From positions 1-57,468 of the IMG/VR virus record IMGVR_UViG_3300043099_000120: 57,468 nt of DNA; one strand, 5' to 3'. The notes beneath the pieces were generated by a model, which did no database searches, was not told the DNA's origin, and saw nothing but the letters and a program-made list of their open reading frames with translations. The translations under genes and the position numbers were made by a program. Source of the stretch: a virus (Duplodnaviria; Caudoviricetes). Shown in pieces: positions 1 through 7,973 of the stretch. Each line of letters starts with the position of its first letter. Positions within the stretch are counted from its first letter, which is position 1.

Positions 1-127
1 TGGTGGGTGCAGACCGACGCGCCGGAAGGGATGAAGCTGATGATGCGCCGTGGTCTGGAAAAGACCATGGAAGGTGACTTTGAGACCGACACCATGCGGT
101 ACAAGGCCACCGAGCGTTATGACCTCG
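1..127. repeat. Terminal direct repeat, copy 1 (identical to 57342-57468); circular-assembly overlap
   Basis: tggtgggtgcagaccgacgc...gagcgttatgacctcg is present at both ends; 127 nt is a typical assembler k-mer size. Confidence 0.97.
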
Positions 128-171
128 GCTTCACTGATCCGCGTGCGATGTACGGTACGCCGGGCGTCTAA
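1..171 (+). CDS. Major capsid protein, C-terminal part (continues from 56598 across the junction)
   Basis: Frame 1 reads WWVQTDAPEGMKLMMRRGLEKTMEGDFETDTMRYKATERYDLGFTDPRAMYGTPGV with TAA at 169-171, in frame with the ORF starting at 56598. Confidence 0.93.
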   Translation, partial: WWVQTDAPEGMKLMMRRGLEKTMEGDFETDTMRYKATERYDLGFTDPRAMYGTPGV

Positions 172-194
172 GTAACCGAGAACGGAGAAACATC

Positions 195-1226
195 ATGGCC
201 CTGACTAATTTCCCGAATGGGATCACTAGCTTCGGGGTGCCCGTTCTCGGAACCATCGGCGGTCTGCCGTTCTCTGGAAACTACTACTTCGTAGATCCGG
301 TGAACGGCGCTGATGGCAACGACGGCACTCCTGAGCTGCCTCTCAAGACGCTTTACGGTGCCCTGGCTAAGTGTACGGCTGGCAACAACGATGTGGTTGT
401 GCTGATGGGCGATGGTACTGCGGCGGGTTCTGCCCGTCTGAGCACCGCGCTCGCTCAGTCGATCGATTCGACGGCGACGGCTGGCACGCTGAACTGGAAC
501 AAGAACGCGACGCACCTTATCGGTATGGCTGCTCCCACGATGGTGGCGCAGCGTGCGCGAATTGCTCCGCCAACGGGTACCTACACGGCTGCGACCTTCA
601 ACAGTGATGCGTTCATCAACGTCACTGCCTCGGGTTGTTACTTTGCTAATCTGTCCGTGTTCTGTGGATTCTCCACGGGCTCGGCCAGCATGATTGCGTG
701 GACCGATTCGGGTTCGCGTAACGCATACAGCAACGTGAACATCTACGGCATGGCGGATGCTGCGTCTGCGGGTGGTGCGAATGCTCGGTCCCTGAAGTTG
801 AATGGGGGCGGTGAGCATACGTTCATCAACTGCACGCTCGGTGGTGACACCGTGGCGCGTAGCGCGGCAAACGCAACCCTTGAGCTGGCCAGCGGTACCG
901 CTCGCAATACCTTCATCGATTGCGTCTTCCCGTTCCAGTGCAGTGCTGGCACGCCTCTCGGCCTCAAGGTTGGAGCGGCGGCTGGTATGGATCGGTATGC
1001 AATCTTTAAGGGCTGTTCCTTCATCAACAACGTTGGTTCGACTTCGACCAGCATGACGGCGTTTGCTACCCTGGCAGCGTCGGCTGGTGGTCAAGTTGTG
1101 ATCAAAGATGCGATGATGGTCGGCATTGGCGAGTTTGGCTCCGATGCTTCCTCCCTGGGTCAGATCTACGTCGATATGCCTGCTCCGAGCGCGGCGGCTG
1201 GCGGTATCGGTGTAAATCCGTCGTGA
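195..1226 (+). CDS. Probable capsid-associated/structural protein with a parallel beta-helix (pectin-lyase-like) body
   Basis: GGAGA RBS; directly after the capsid gene; YYFVDPVNGADGNDGTPELPLKTL is a typical beta-helix N-terminal motif; repeated F.NC/F.DC rungs. Confidence 0.6.
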   Translation: MALTNFPNGITSFGVPVLGTIGGLPFSGNYYFVDPVNGADGNDGTPELPLKTLYGALAKCTAGNNDVVVLMGDGTAAGSARLSTALAQSIDSTATAGTLNWNKNATHLIGMAAPTMVAQRARIAPPTGTYTAATFNSDAFINVTASGCYFANLSVFCGFSTGSASMIAWTDSGSRNAYSNVNIYGMADAASAGGANARSLKLNGGGEHTFINCTLGGDTVARSAANATLELASGTARNTFIDCVFPFQCSAGTPLGLKVGAAAGMDRYAIFKGCSFINNVGSTSTSMTAFATLAASAGGQVVIKDAMMVGIGEFGSDASSLGQIYVDMPAPSAAAGGIGVNPS

Positions 1227-1232
1227 TGAACC

Positions 1233-1254
1233 TCCGGCCGCTTCGGTGGCCGGA
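1233..1254 (+). promoter_or_regulatory. GC-rich UUCG-tetraloop hairpin (processing, stability or weak terminator)
   Basis: tccggccgc-ttcg-gtggccgga, 9-bp stem with one G-U; no U tract. Confidence 0.6.
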
Positions 1255-1269
1255 TTAAAGGAGGTTGAA

Positions 1270-2376
1270 ATGGGTCAGTTCAAGCCGATGGTCAAGATGG
1301 AGACCACGGAGCCCACCGTTGAGCTCAAGCTCAAGAAAGGTGGCAAGGTTGAGAAGAAGATGCAGATGGGTGGTTCGCCAGACATGGCGGCTCCCGCAGC
1401 TCCTTCGATGCCGGCCCGTGGCGGAATGATGCCCCCTGCAACGCCGATGCGCCCCTCGCTGGCTGCTCGTCGTCGTGCGATGCGTGCGATGCCTTCTGGT
1501 GCTGCTCCCGCGGCTCCGGTGGGGATGGCCGGTCGCATGATGAAAGAGGGCGGTGAGAGCAAGGCCGAGCACAAGGCTGAGATGGCCAAGACCGCAAAGG
1601 CGTTGAAAGAACACGCCGGCAAACCCGCTAGCAAGGCTCACAAGGGCCTGAAGACTGGCGGCGTGGTCATGGGCCAGGGTGGCTACAAGCACGGCGGCAT
1701 CATCAACACCGAGGGTCAAGGTGGCGAGTATCGCGACACCAAGATGCACGACGGTGGGAAAGAGCACAAGACGCCCAAGAAGACCGGCGAGGTCGTGATG
1801 GGCAAGCCCGGTGGTTATGCGACCGGGGGCGTGGCCAAAGCTAATGCGGGCGGCTATAAAAAGGGCGGTGCCGCAAAAAAAGCTTTCGCTACGGGGGGAG
1901 TTGTTAATAGCGGTGCCCCCGTAGCGATGCCTCAAGGCCGCAAAAAACCTAGTGCTCCGGTATCAATTACCGCGTTGTCTGGCACCTTCAAGAAAGGCGG
2001 CAAAGTTACAGCTGCCGAGGGTCGTCTGCACAAGAACTTCGAGAAAGAGAACGCTACGGCCATGAAAGAGGCCAAGGCGTACTCTAACGAGGTTTACAGC
2101 AAGTACGGCAAGAAGATGGCCGGTGGCGGCGTTCCTTCAGCGGTTCGTGACCAGAGGCAGACTGAAGAAAATCAGCGAGCCTATGAAAACTGGGAACGAT
2201 CGCAAACGCAAGAGAACGAAGCCATGAGGAATGCTATTACAGGGTTCCCGCGGAAAGTGATGAGGGGCATCAAGGGGTTGTTCTCGTCTGGTGCGCCGAA
2301 GGGTAGCGTGACGGAAACCGAGAAGTCGGTGACAGTGACGCCATCCAAAAAGCGCGGAGGCGCGGTGACCTGTTGA
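1270..2376 (+). CDS. Basic low-complexity protein with about 12 hydrophobic/Lys-x-x-GG motifs (probable internal head protein)
   Basis: AAAGGAGG RBS before ATG 1270; motifs LKKGG, MQMGG, MKEGG, LKTGG, YKHGG, MHDGG, YATGG, YKKGG, FATGG, FKKGG, MAGGG, KKRGG. Confidence 0.8.
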   Translation: MGQFKPMVKMETTEPTVELKLKKGGKVEKKMQMGGSPDMAAPAAPSMPARGGMMPPATPMRPSLAARRRAMRAMPSGAAPAAPVGMAGRMMKEGGESKAEHKAEMAKTAKALKEHAGKPASKAHKGLKTGGVVMGQGGYKHGGIINTEGQGGEYRDTKMHDGGKEHKTPKKTGEVVMGKPGGYATGGVAKANAGGYKKGGAAKKAFATGGVVNSGAPVAMPQGRKKPSAPVSITALSGTFKKGGKVTAAEGRLHKNFEKENATAMKEAKAYSNEVYSKYGKKMAGGGVPSAVRDQRQTEENQRAYENWERSQTQENEAMRNAITGFPRKVMRGIKGLFSSGAPKGSVTETEKSVTVTPSKKRGGAVTC

Positions 2377-2379
2377 ACC

Positions 2380-2408
2380 GCAGGGGCTTCGGCCCCTGCC
2401 TCATTTTG
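2380..2408 (+). terminator. UUCG hairpin, probable weak intrinsic terminator
   Basis: gcaggggc-ttcg-gcccctgc followed by ctcattttg, just after the stop at 2376. Confidence 0.6.
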
Positions 2409-2418
2409 AAGGCGTTGA

Positions 2419-3201
2419 ATGATGAGTACAACTATCTCGTCAATTACAAGGCAAGGGGCATACGAGCCTTTTGAGTTGCAAGTCGCTCGCGGACAGATTC
2501 AGGGCCACAGAAGTGTTGTTGTGTTTGGTTTTAATCCGGACGTAGACACCTCGCAGGTATCAGTCTGGCCGTTGCCAAGCCTAATTACGTTTCCGGCCGC
2601 TGCACTGCAAATGACAGTAAGTTCGTCAAACGCAAACGATACGGCGTTAGGCACAGGAGCCCGTACAGTTGTTGTGCAGGGGTTGGATGCCAACTACAAC
2701 GAAGTAAGTGAGACGGTCACGCTAAACGGGCAGACTGCCGTTACGATGACGGCGTCCTTGCTTCGAGTCAATTATGCTTATGTGCTCACGGCTGGATCTG
2801 GAAACGGCGCTGCTGGTGACATCTACATAGGCACTGGTGTTGTAACAGCAGGCGTTCCTGCAACCACATACGACGTTATCAAGTTTGACTACAACACCAC
2901 AATAACTGGAAGTTGGACGGTTCCCGCGGGTTACACCGCATACGTCTCCCAGGGGTTGTTTTCATCTGGTCAAGCGGGTGGTTCTAATCAAGTTCAAGGC
3001 AGACTGTTGACGAGAGGAACAGACAACATTCGGCGCACCGCCGCAGTTACGAGTATCAACAATGGCGTGGCAGACTATGTGTTTGAGTATCCAATCGTGA
3101 TCCAAGAAAAGACAACAATTGAAGCAACAGCAATTGGTAGTTCTAACAACAATGCTGTTTCGTCAATGTTCATCTTGGTGTTGGTCAAAGAAGGTCCGTA
3201 A
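2419..3201 (+). CDS. Hypothetical beta-rich structural protein
   Basis: 260-aa T/V/G/S-rich ORF in the structural block; its TAA overlaps the next ATG. Confidence 0.75.
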   Translation: MMSTTISSITRQGAYEPFELQVARGQIQGHRSVVVFGFNPDVDTSQVSVWPLPSLITFPAAALQMTVSSSNANDTALGTGARTVVVQGLDANYNEVSETVTLNGQTAVTMTASLLRVNYAYVLTAGSGNGAAGDIYIGTGVVTAGVPATTYDVIKFDYNTTITGSWTVPAGYTAYVSQGLFSSGQAGGSNQVQGRLLTRGTDNIRRTAAVTSINNGVADYVFEYPIVIQEKTTIEATAIGSSNNNAVSSMFILVLVKEGP

Positions 3202-3605
3202 TGCCAGCAAAGACCCAAGCGCAGTTTCGGCTGATGAAGGCCGCGGAGAACAATCCGACGTTTGCGAAGAAGGTTGGCATCAAGCCTAGTGTGGCGGCGG
3301 AGTTCACGTCGTCTAACGTAGGCAAGAAGGCCTACGGCAAACTGCCGGAGCGCATGAAAAAGGGCGGACCTAGTCTGGCCATTGGGCGAGGCGAAAAACT
3401 GCCTGCAAAGCAAGGTGCCGGGCTGACGGAGAAAGGCCGGGCAAAGTACAATCGCGAGACAGGCAGCAACCTGAAGGCACCGCAGCCGCAGGGAGGGCCG
3501 AGGCGGGACTCGTTCTGTGCCAGGATGGGTCCAATTGCACGCAGTAGTGAACGGGGGAGCCGCGCTCGAGCCTCAATGAAGCGCTGGAATTGCCCCGGTT
3601 GGTAG
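3201..3605 (+). CDS. Small basic phage protein (DUF6321-like) with a MKKGG motif
   Basis: GLTEKGRAKYNRETGSNLKAP...RRDSFCARM...RWNC pattern recalled from DUF6321; translationally coupled to the upstream gene. Confidence 0.65.
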   Translation: MPAKTQAQFRLMKAAENNPTFAKKVGIKPSVAAEFTSSNVGKKAYGKLPERMKKGGPSLAIGRGEKLPAKQGAGLTEKGRAKYNRETGSNLKAPQPQGGPRRDSFCARMGPIARSSERGSRARASMKRWNCPGW

Positions 3606-3613
3606 GGTGAACC

Positions 3614-4675
3614 ATGGCCTATTCTGGAACCGTTGGGACGACCGTCATCCAAGTCCAGACCCTGATTGATCATGGGGCGCGGCGGTGCGGGAAATTGGCC
3701 GAAGAGCTGACTTCTGAGCAGGTATTGAGCGCTCGGGAGTCGTTGTACTTCCTGTTGTCCAATCTGATCAACATCGGCATTCAGTATTGGGCCATCGACA
3801 AGAAGGTGTACGGGCTCCAGGCGGATCAGTACGTCTACAAGCTGCCTGTTGGTGGCAATGACGTGCTGCAAGCGCTCTATCGGCGCATGAATCGACCCTC
3901 TGGGGCGTATGCAACGAGTGCTGGCGGGACGGTTGAGAACGCGTTTGATAGCAACATTGACACAATCTGCACGCAATCAGCCCCGAATGGCAACATTTCC
4001 GTCAATTATGGGACGAACAATCCCGTCTACATTGGCTCAATCGGCGTACTTCCGGGCGTTTCTGGCAGTATCGACTGCATATTTGAGTATTCCAGCGACG
4101 GAATTGCCTGGAGCACGCTCTATGACCCCGGAGTGACGGCCTGGGTCAACAACGAGTGGATCTGGTACGACATTGAGCCCGGTCAAACGGTCGAGTGGTA
4201 CCGGATTCGGGCAAGAAATGGGTCGACTTTGTCGCTTAGAGAGCTGTATTTCGGCAATAACTCGACCGAAATCACGATGGCGCGGCTAAATCGTGATGAC
4301 TACACCAATCTGCCGAACAAAAACTTCACGGCGAACCAACCGTTTCAGTATTGGTTCAACCGGACCATTCCGCAGGCGGAAATCACGCTCTGGCCGGTGC
4401 CTTCGGACCCGTTTGTGCAGATGACGGTCTGGTACTCGAGGCAGATCATGGATGTTGGTGATCTGTCCGGAGAGCTAGAGATCCCGCAGCGGTGGTATCT
4501 GGCGGTTCAGTCAATGTTGGCGCATCAGATGTCGCTGGAACTGCCGGGAGTGGCGACAGACCGCATCCAGTACCTGGAAGGTCAGGCGGATAAGTACTTG
4601 ACGCTGGCCGAGGTGGAAGAGCGCGACAAGTCGCCGATCTACTTTGCCCCGAACATCAGCGTATACACAAGGTAA
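3614..4675 (+). CDS. Head-tail adaptor / tail tubular protein A-like, with an inserted discoidin (F5/8C)-like domain
   Basis: Helical N-terminus (LIDHGARRCG...ARESLYFLLSNL); C-terminal LNRDDYTNLPNK...LWPVP...EIPQRW; insert with NAFDSNIDT, EYSSDGIAW, WYRIRA, LRELYFG. Confidence 0.6.
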   Translation: MAYSGTVGTTVIQVQTLIDHGARRCGKLAEELTSEQVLSARESLYFLLSNLINIGIQYWAIDKKVYGLQADQYVYKLPVGGNDVLQALYRRMNRPSGAYATSAGGTVENAFDSNIDTICTQSAPNGNISVNYGTNNPVYIGSIGVLPGVSGSIDCIFEYSSDGIAWSTLYDPGVTAWVNNEWIWYDIEPGQTVEWYRIRARNGSTLSLRELYFGNNSTEITMARLNRDDYTNLPNKNFTANQPFQYWFNRTIPQAEITLWPVPSDPFVQMTVWYSRQIMDVGDLSGELEIPQRWYLAVQSMLAHQMSLELPGVATDRIQYLEGQADKYLTLAEVEERDKSPIYFAPNISVYTR

Positions 4676-4677
4676 TC

Positions 4678-5013
4678 ATGCCGCGATTTCTGGACACGCT
4701 AGGCTACTCTGACATTGCAATAGCGGTCTGTGATCGTTGCAAGATGAAGCGCCCCCATGCGGTGATGAGGAGTGATCCGAACTTCCCAGGGTTGCAGGTA
4801 TGCAACGAGGGATGCGCGGACGAGTTTGACCCGTACCGGTTGCCGGCGCGAAAGACAGAACGAATCACGATTAGGTTTCCCAGGCCCGATGTGTCTGTAG
4901 CGGTTGACCCGAACAACCTGACTACCGGAGGATACGGCAACTATGTAGTATCGCCGGAGCAGAATACGCAGACGCCGGAGAACAACGGCAACCTAGACAG
5001 CATCGAGGTGTAG
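4678..5013 (+). CDS. Conserved Cys-rich (CxxC...CxxxC) virion-module protein
   Basis: AVCDRC...LQVCNEGC...DPY...PRPD; tightly packed in the operon. Confidence 0.75.
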   Translation: MPRFLDTLGYSDIAIAVCDRCKMKRPHAVMRSDPNFPGLQVCNEGCADEFDPYRLPARKTERITIRFPRPDVSVAVDPNNLTTGGYGNYVVSPEQNTQTPENNGNLDSIEV

Positions 5014-5014
5014 T

Positions 5015-7963
5015 GTGGCGAACGTAACGATCACCCAACTGCCTGCGGCCGGCGTAATTACCGGGTCGGAACTAGTCCCCATCGTTCAGAACGGTCAGAC
5101 GGTTCGCACGACGACTGGTGCAATTGCTGCCTCGCCGAGTCAAACACAGACCTTTCTGACGTTGAATCAGGAGCCGTCATTACCGAACAGTCGGTTTCTG
5201 CAAGGCGGGGTAGGAATTGGCCTGACGGACGCCGGGGCGCAGTCCTATCTGCAAATAGTGCTTAACGGGGCCTCTGGAAGCCTCGAGGCCGCGTCAAACG
5301 GCGTGATCGTCAAGACGGGTTCAGGATCGGTCACAAATCGCTCTATCGCGGTTTCTGGGGACGGCTTATCGATTGCAAACGGCAGTGGCGTTGCTGGCAA
5401 CCCGACGATCTCGTTGACGGGTATTGCGCTCGCCATGGCGCAAGTATCTGGGACAGGATTCCTGGCAGTGGTCGGAGGCACGACAATTGCAGGCCGTGAA
5501 CTGTTCGGAACGGCGCAGCAGATCAACGTGACGGCCGGGAATGGGACGAACAGTCCCGTGTTCTCGTTGGCACCGAATACCGTGATTCCAGGCACTGGCT
5601 CGATCACGATTCCCGTAGGAACGACGGCGCAACGGCCAGTCGGGCAAGACGGGATGATTCGATACAACACCGACATCAGTTCGTATGAGGTATATGAAGC
5701 CGGATCGTGGAGTTCGCTACCTGGGGGAGCGGTGACGCTGATCAACACCGGAACCGGCCTTACCGGTGGCCCGATTACCTCGAGCGGCACGATTGCCTTA
5801 GCGAACACTGGGGTGCTTCCGGCAACTTACGGAACTGCGGCAGCTGTGCCGCAAATTGTTGTAAATGCGCAGGGGCAGATCACTTCAGCGACGGAAGTGG
5901 CAATTGATCCCGCGGCGATTGGCGCGGTGGCATCGGTCACGGGAACCGCGAATGAGATCGACGCGGTAGGCACGACAAACGTCGTGTTGTCGCTGCCAAC
6001 GAACATGGACTTCACCGGCAAGACGGTGACCGGCGGCACGTTTGATATGGTTGCGGCTACAGTCAACTCGGTGCCGGTGGTGACCGAAGACGCAGTGCAG
6101 ACGCTGACCAACAAGACGCTGACGACACCGAGTATTGCGCAGATTTTGAACACCGGCACGTTGACGCTCCCGACATCGACGGACACCTTGGTTGGTCGTG
6201 CAACATCGGATACGCTGACCAACAAAACGATTGATGCGTCGAGCAACACGTTGTCAAACATCGGCAACGCATCGTTAACAAATTCTTCGATCGCGTTTAC
6301 GTATTCCAACGGCATTACGGGTTCTGCGTCCGTCTCTCTGGGCGCAACGAACACCATGTCGTTGTCGAATGTACCAAATGCTGCATTGCAGTTTAGCTCG
6401 GTGACGATTGGCTCAACGTCGGTGTCGTTGGGTGGCACGGCAACGAGTTTGGCTGGCCTGACAACGGTGACGGTGACCCAGGCTCCGACCGCTGCGTTGC
6501 AATTAGCGACCAAACAGTATGTCGACGACGCGGTGTCGGCCGGGCTTGCGATTCACGTTCCTGTGCGAGTAAATACGCCAAGCGCGTTGACGGCGACCTA
6601 TACGCCGGGTGGAACAGCAGTCACGGTCACCGACATCACTGGCGGCACGACACTGACGTTTGCTACGTCTCCGAGTCTGTCGATAAACGATCAAATTGTG
6701 TTCTCGTCCACCGCAAACGGGATTGTGTCGGGGACGGCTTACTACGTGTACTCAGTTCCTGCGGCCAATCAGGTGACGCTCTCGTTGTCCTATAACGGCC
6801 CGGAGATCACAACGTTTACTAACGGCACGGGGTTGTCGATTGCTGGCGTGGTCAATGCCGGTGTAGGTGCCACGCTTACGAATGCCGGGGCCAAAGCGGC
6901 GTTGCAGATTGATGGAGTGAACCTGTCAGTTAGCAATCGAGTCTTGGTCTCCAACCAAGCAAACGCCTTTGAGAACGGGATCTACACGGTTACCACAGTT
7001 GGAACCCCTGATCCTGGCGGCACGGATTGGGTTCTGACGAGAGCATCAGACGAAGACAAGTACAAACCGGACTCTATAAATGGCATGGGCCAGGGAGACT
7101 ACTTCTTCGTTCAAGAAGGGTCGTCCGGAGCGGGTGAGTCGTATGTCATGACGACCAACAACCCGATAATCATTGGGACAACGAATTTAACGTTTACGCA
7201 ATTTTCCGCATCGCAAGTGTATTCTGCGGGTACTGGCCTGACATTAACTGGCACGCAGTTCAGCATCACAAATACCGGGGTTGCTGCAAACACCTACGGA
7301 TCAGCCTCGAGTGTGCCGACGATTGCAGTCAATGCTCAGGGACAGATCACGAGCGCCAGCAATACGTCGATTGCAATCAACGCCAATCAGATCACGTCGG
7401 GATCGATTCAGAATTCGCAGCTACAAAACAGCGCGATTACGGTCAACAGCACGTCGATTTCTCTGGGCGGGTCGGCGACGATCACTGCGGTCAATCCGAA
7501 TGCTTTGACAATTGGCACCGGGTTGTCTGGTAGCAGTTATGACGGGTCGAGCAACATCACAATCGCAATCTCTAATACGGGTGTTGCAGCGGCGACATAT
7601 GGATCTGCCTCGAGTGTCCCAACGATTGCGGTGAATGCCCAGGGGCAGATTACAAGCGCTAGCAACACGTCCATTGCGATCGATGCAAATCAGATTACGA
7701 CAGGCACGATTGGATCGTCGTTGATCAGTGGTTCGTACACCGGGATCACTGGCGTTGGAACGTTGACCGCAGGAACATGGAATGCAACAGAAATCGCTGC
7801 GGCCAACGGTGGTACGGGGCAAACCTCGTATGCAGCTGGCGATCTGCTTTATGCTAGCGGAGCGACGACACTATCAAAGCTTGCGTTAGGTGCGCAGGGA
7901 TACGTTTTGAAGGCAGGGGCATCGGCTCCAGAGTGGGGCGTGATCTCTGGCGGTACTTTCTAA
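5015..7963 (+). CDS. Tail fibre protein (982 aa)
   Basis: GTG start; N-terminal ITQLPAA...LVPIVQNG; fibre motifs GTTAQRP..GMIRYNTD, ATKQYVD, YSAGTGLTLTGT; repeated TYGSASSVPTIAVNAQGQITSA; ends ISGGTF. Confidence 0.8.
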   Translation: MANVTITQLPAAGVITGSELVPIVQNGQTVRTTTGAIAASPSQTQTFLTLNQEPSLPNSRFLQGGVGIGLTDAGAQSYLQIVLNGASGSLEAASNGVIVKTGSGSVTNRSIAVSGDGLSIANGSGVAGNPTISLTGIALAMAQVSGTGFLAVVGGTTIAGRELFGTAQQINVTAGNGTNSPVFSLAPNTVIPGTGSITIPVGTTAQRPVGQDGMIRYNTDISSYEVYEAGSWSSLPGGAVTLINTGTGLTGGPITSSGTIALANTGVLPATYGTAAAVPQIVVNAQGQITSATEVAIDPAAIGAVASVTGTANEIDAVGTTNVVLSLPTNMDFTGKTVTGGTFDMVAATVNSVPVVTEDAVQTLTNKTLTTPSIAQILNTGTLTLPTSTDTLVGRATSDTLTNKTIDASSNTLSNIGNASLTNSSIAFTYSNGITGSASVSLGATNTMSLSNVPNAALQFSSVTIGSTSVSLGGTATSLAGLTTVTVTQAPTAALQLATKQYVDDAVSAGLAIHVPVRVNTPSALTATYTPGGTAVTVTDITGGTTLTFATSPSLSINDQIVFSSTANGIVSGTAYYVYSVPAANQVTLSLSYNGPEITTFTNGTGLSIAGVVNAGVGATLTNAGAKAALQIDGVNLSVSNRVLVSNQANAFENGIYTVTTVGTPDPGGTDWVLTRASDEDKYKPDSINGMGQGDYFFVQEGSSGAGESYVMTTNNPIIIGTTNLTFTQFSASQVYSAGTGLTLTGTQFSITNTGVAANTYGSASSVPTIAVNAQGQITSASNTSIAINANQITSGSIQNSQLQNSAITVNSTSISLGGSATITAVNPNALTIGTGLSGSSYDGSSNITIAISNTGVAAATYGSASSVPTIAVNAQGQITSASNTSIAIDANQITTGTIGSSLISGSYTGITGVGTLTAGTWNATEIAAANGGTGQTSYAAGDLLYASGATTLSKLALGAQGYVLKAGASAPEWGVISGGTF

Positions 7964-7973
7964 GGGAACAATC

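Noticed and set aside
1-127. Biological terminal repeat (T7-like DTR)
   Set aside because: It falls in the middle of the capsid gene and its length equals a common assembler k-mer, so a circularisation overlap is the simpler explanation.
168-1094. 308-aa minus-strand ORF
   Set aside because: Antisense shadow of the 195-1226 gene; Arg-rich, no recognisable motifs.
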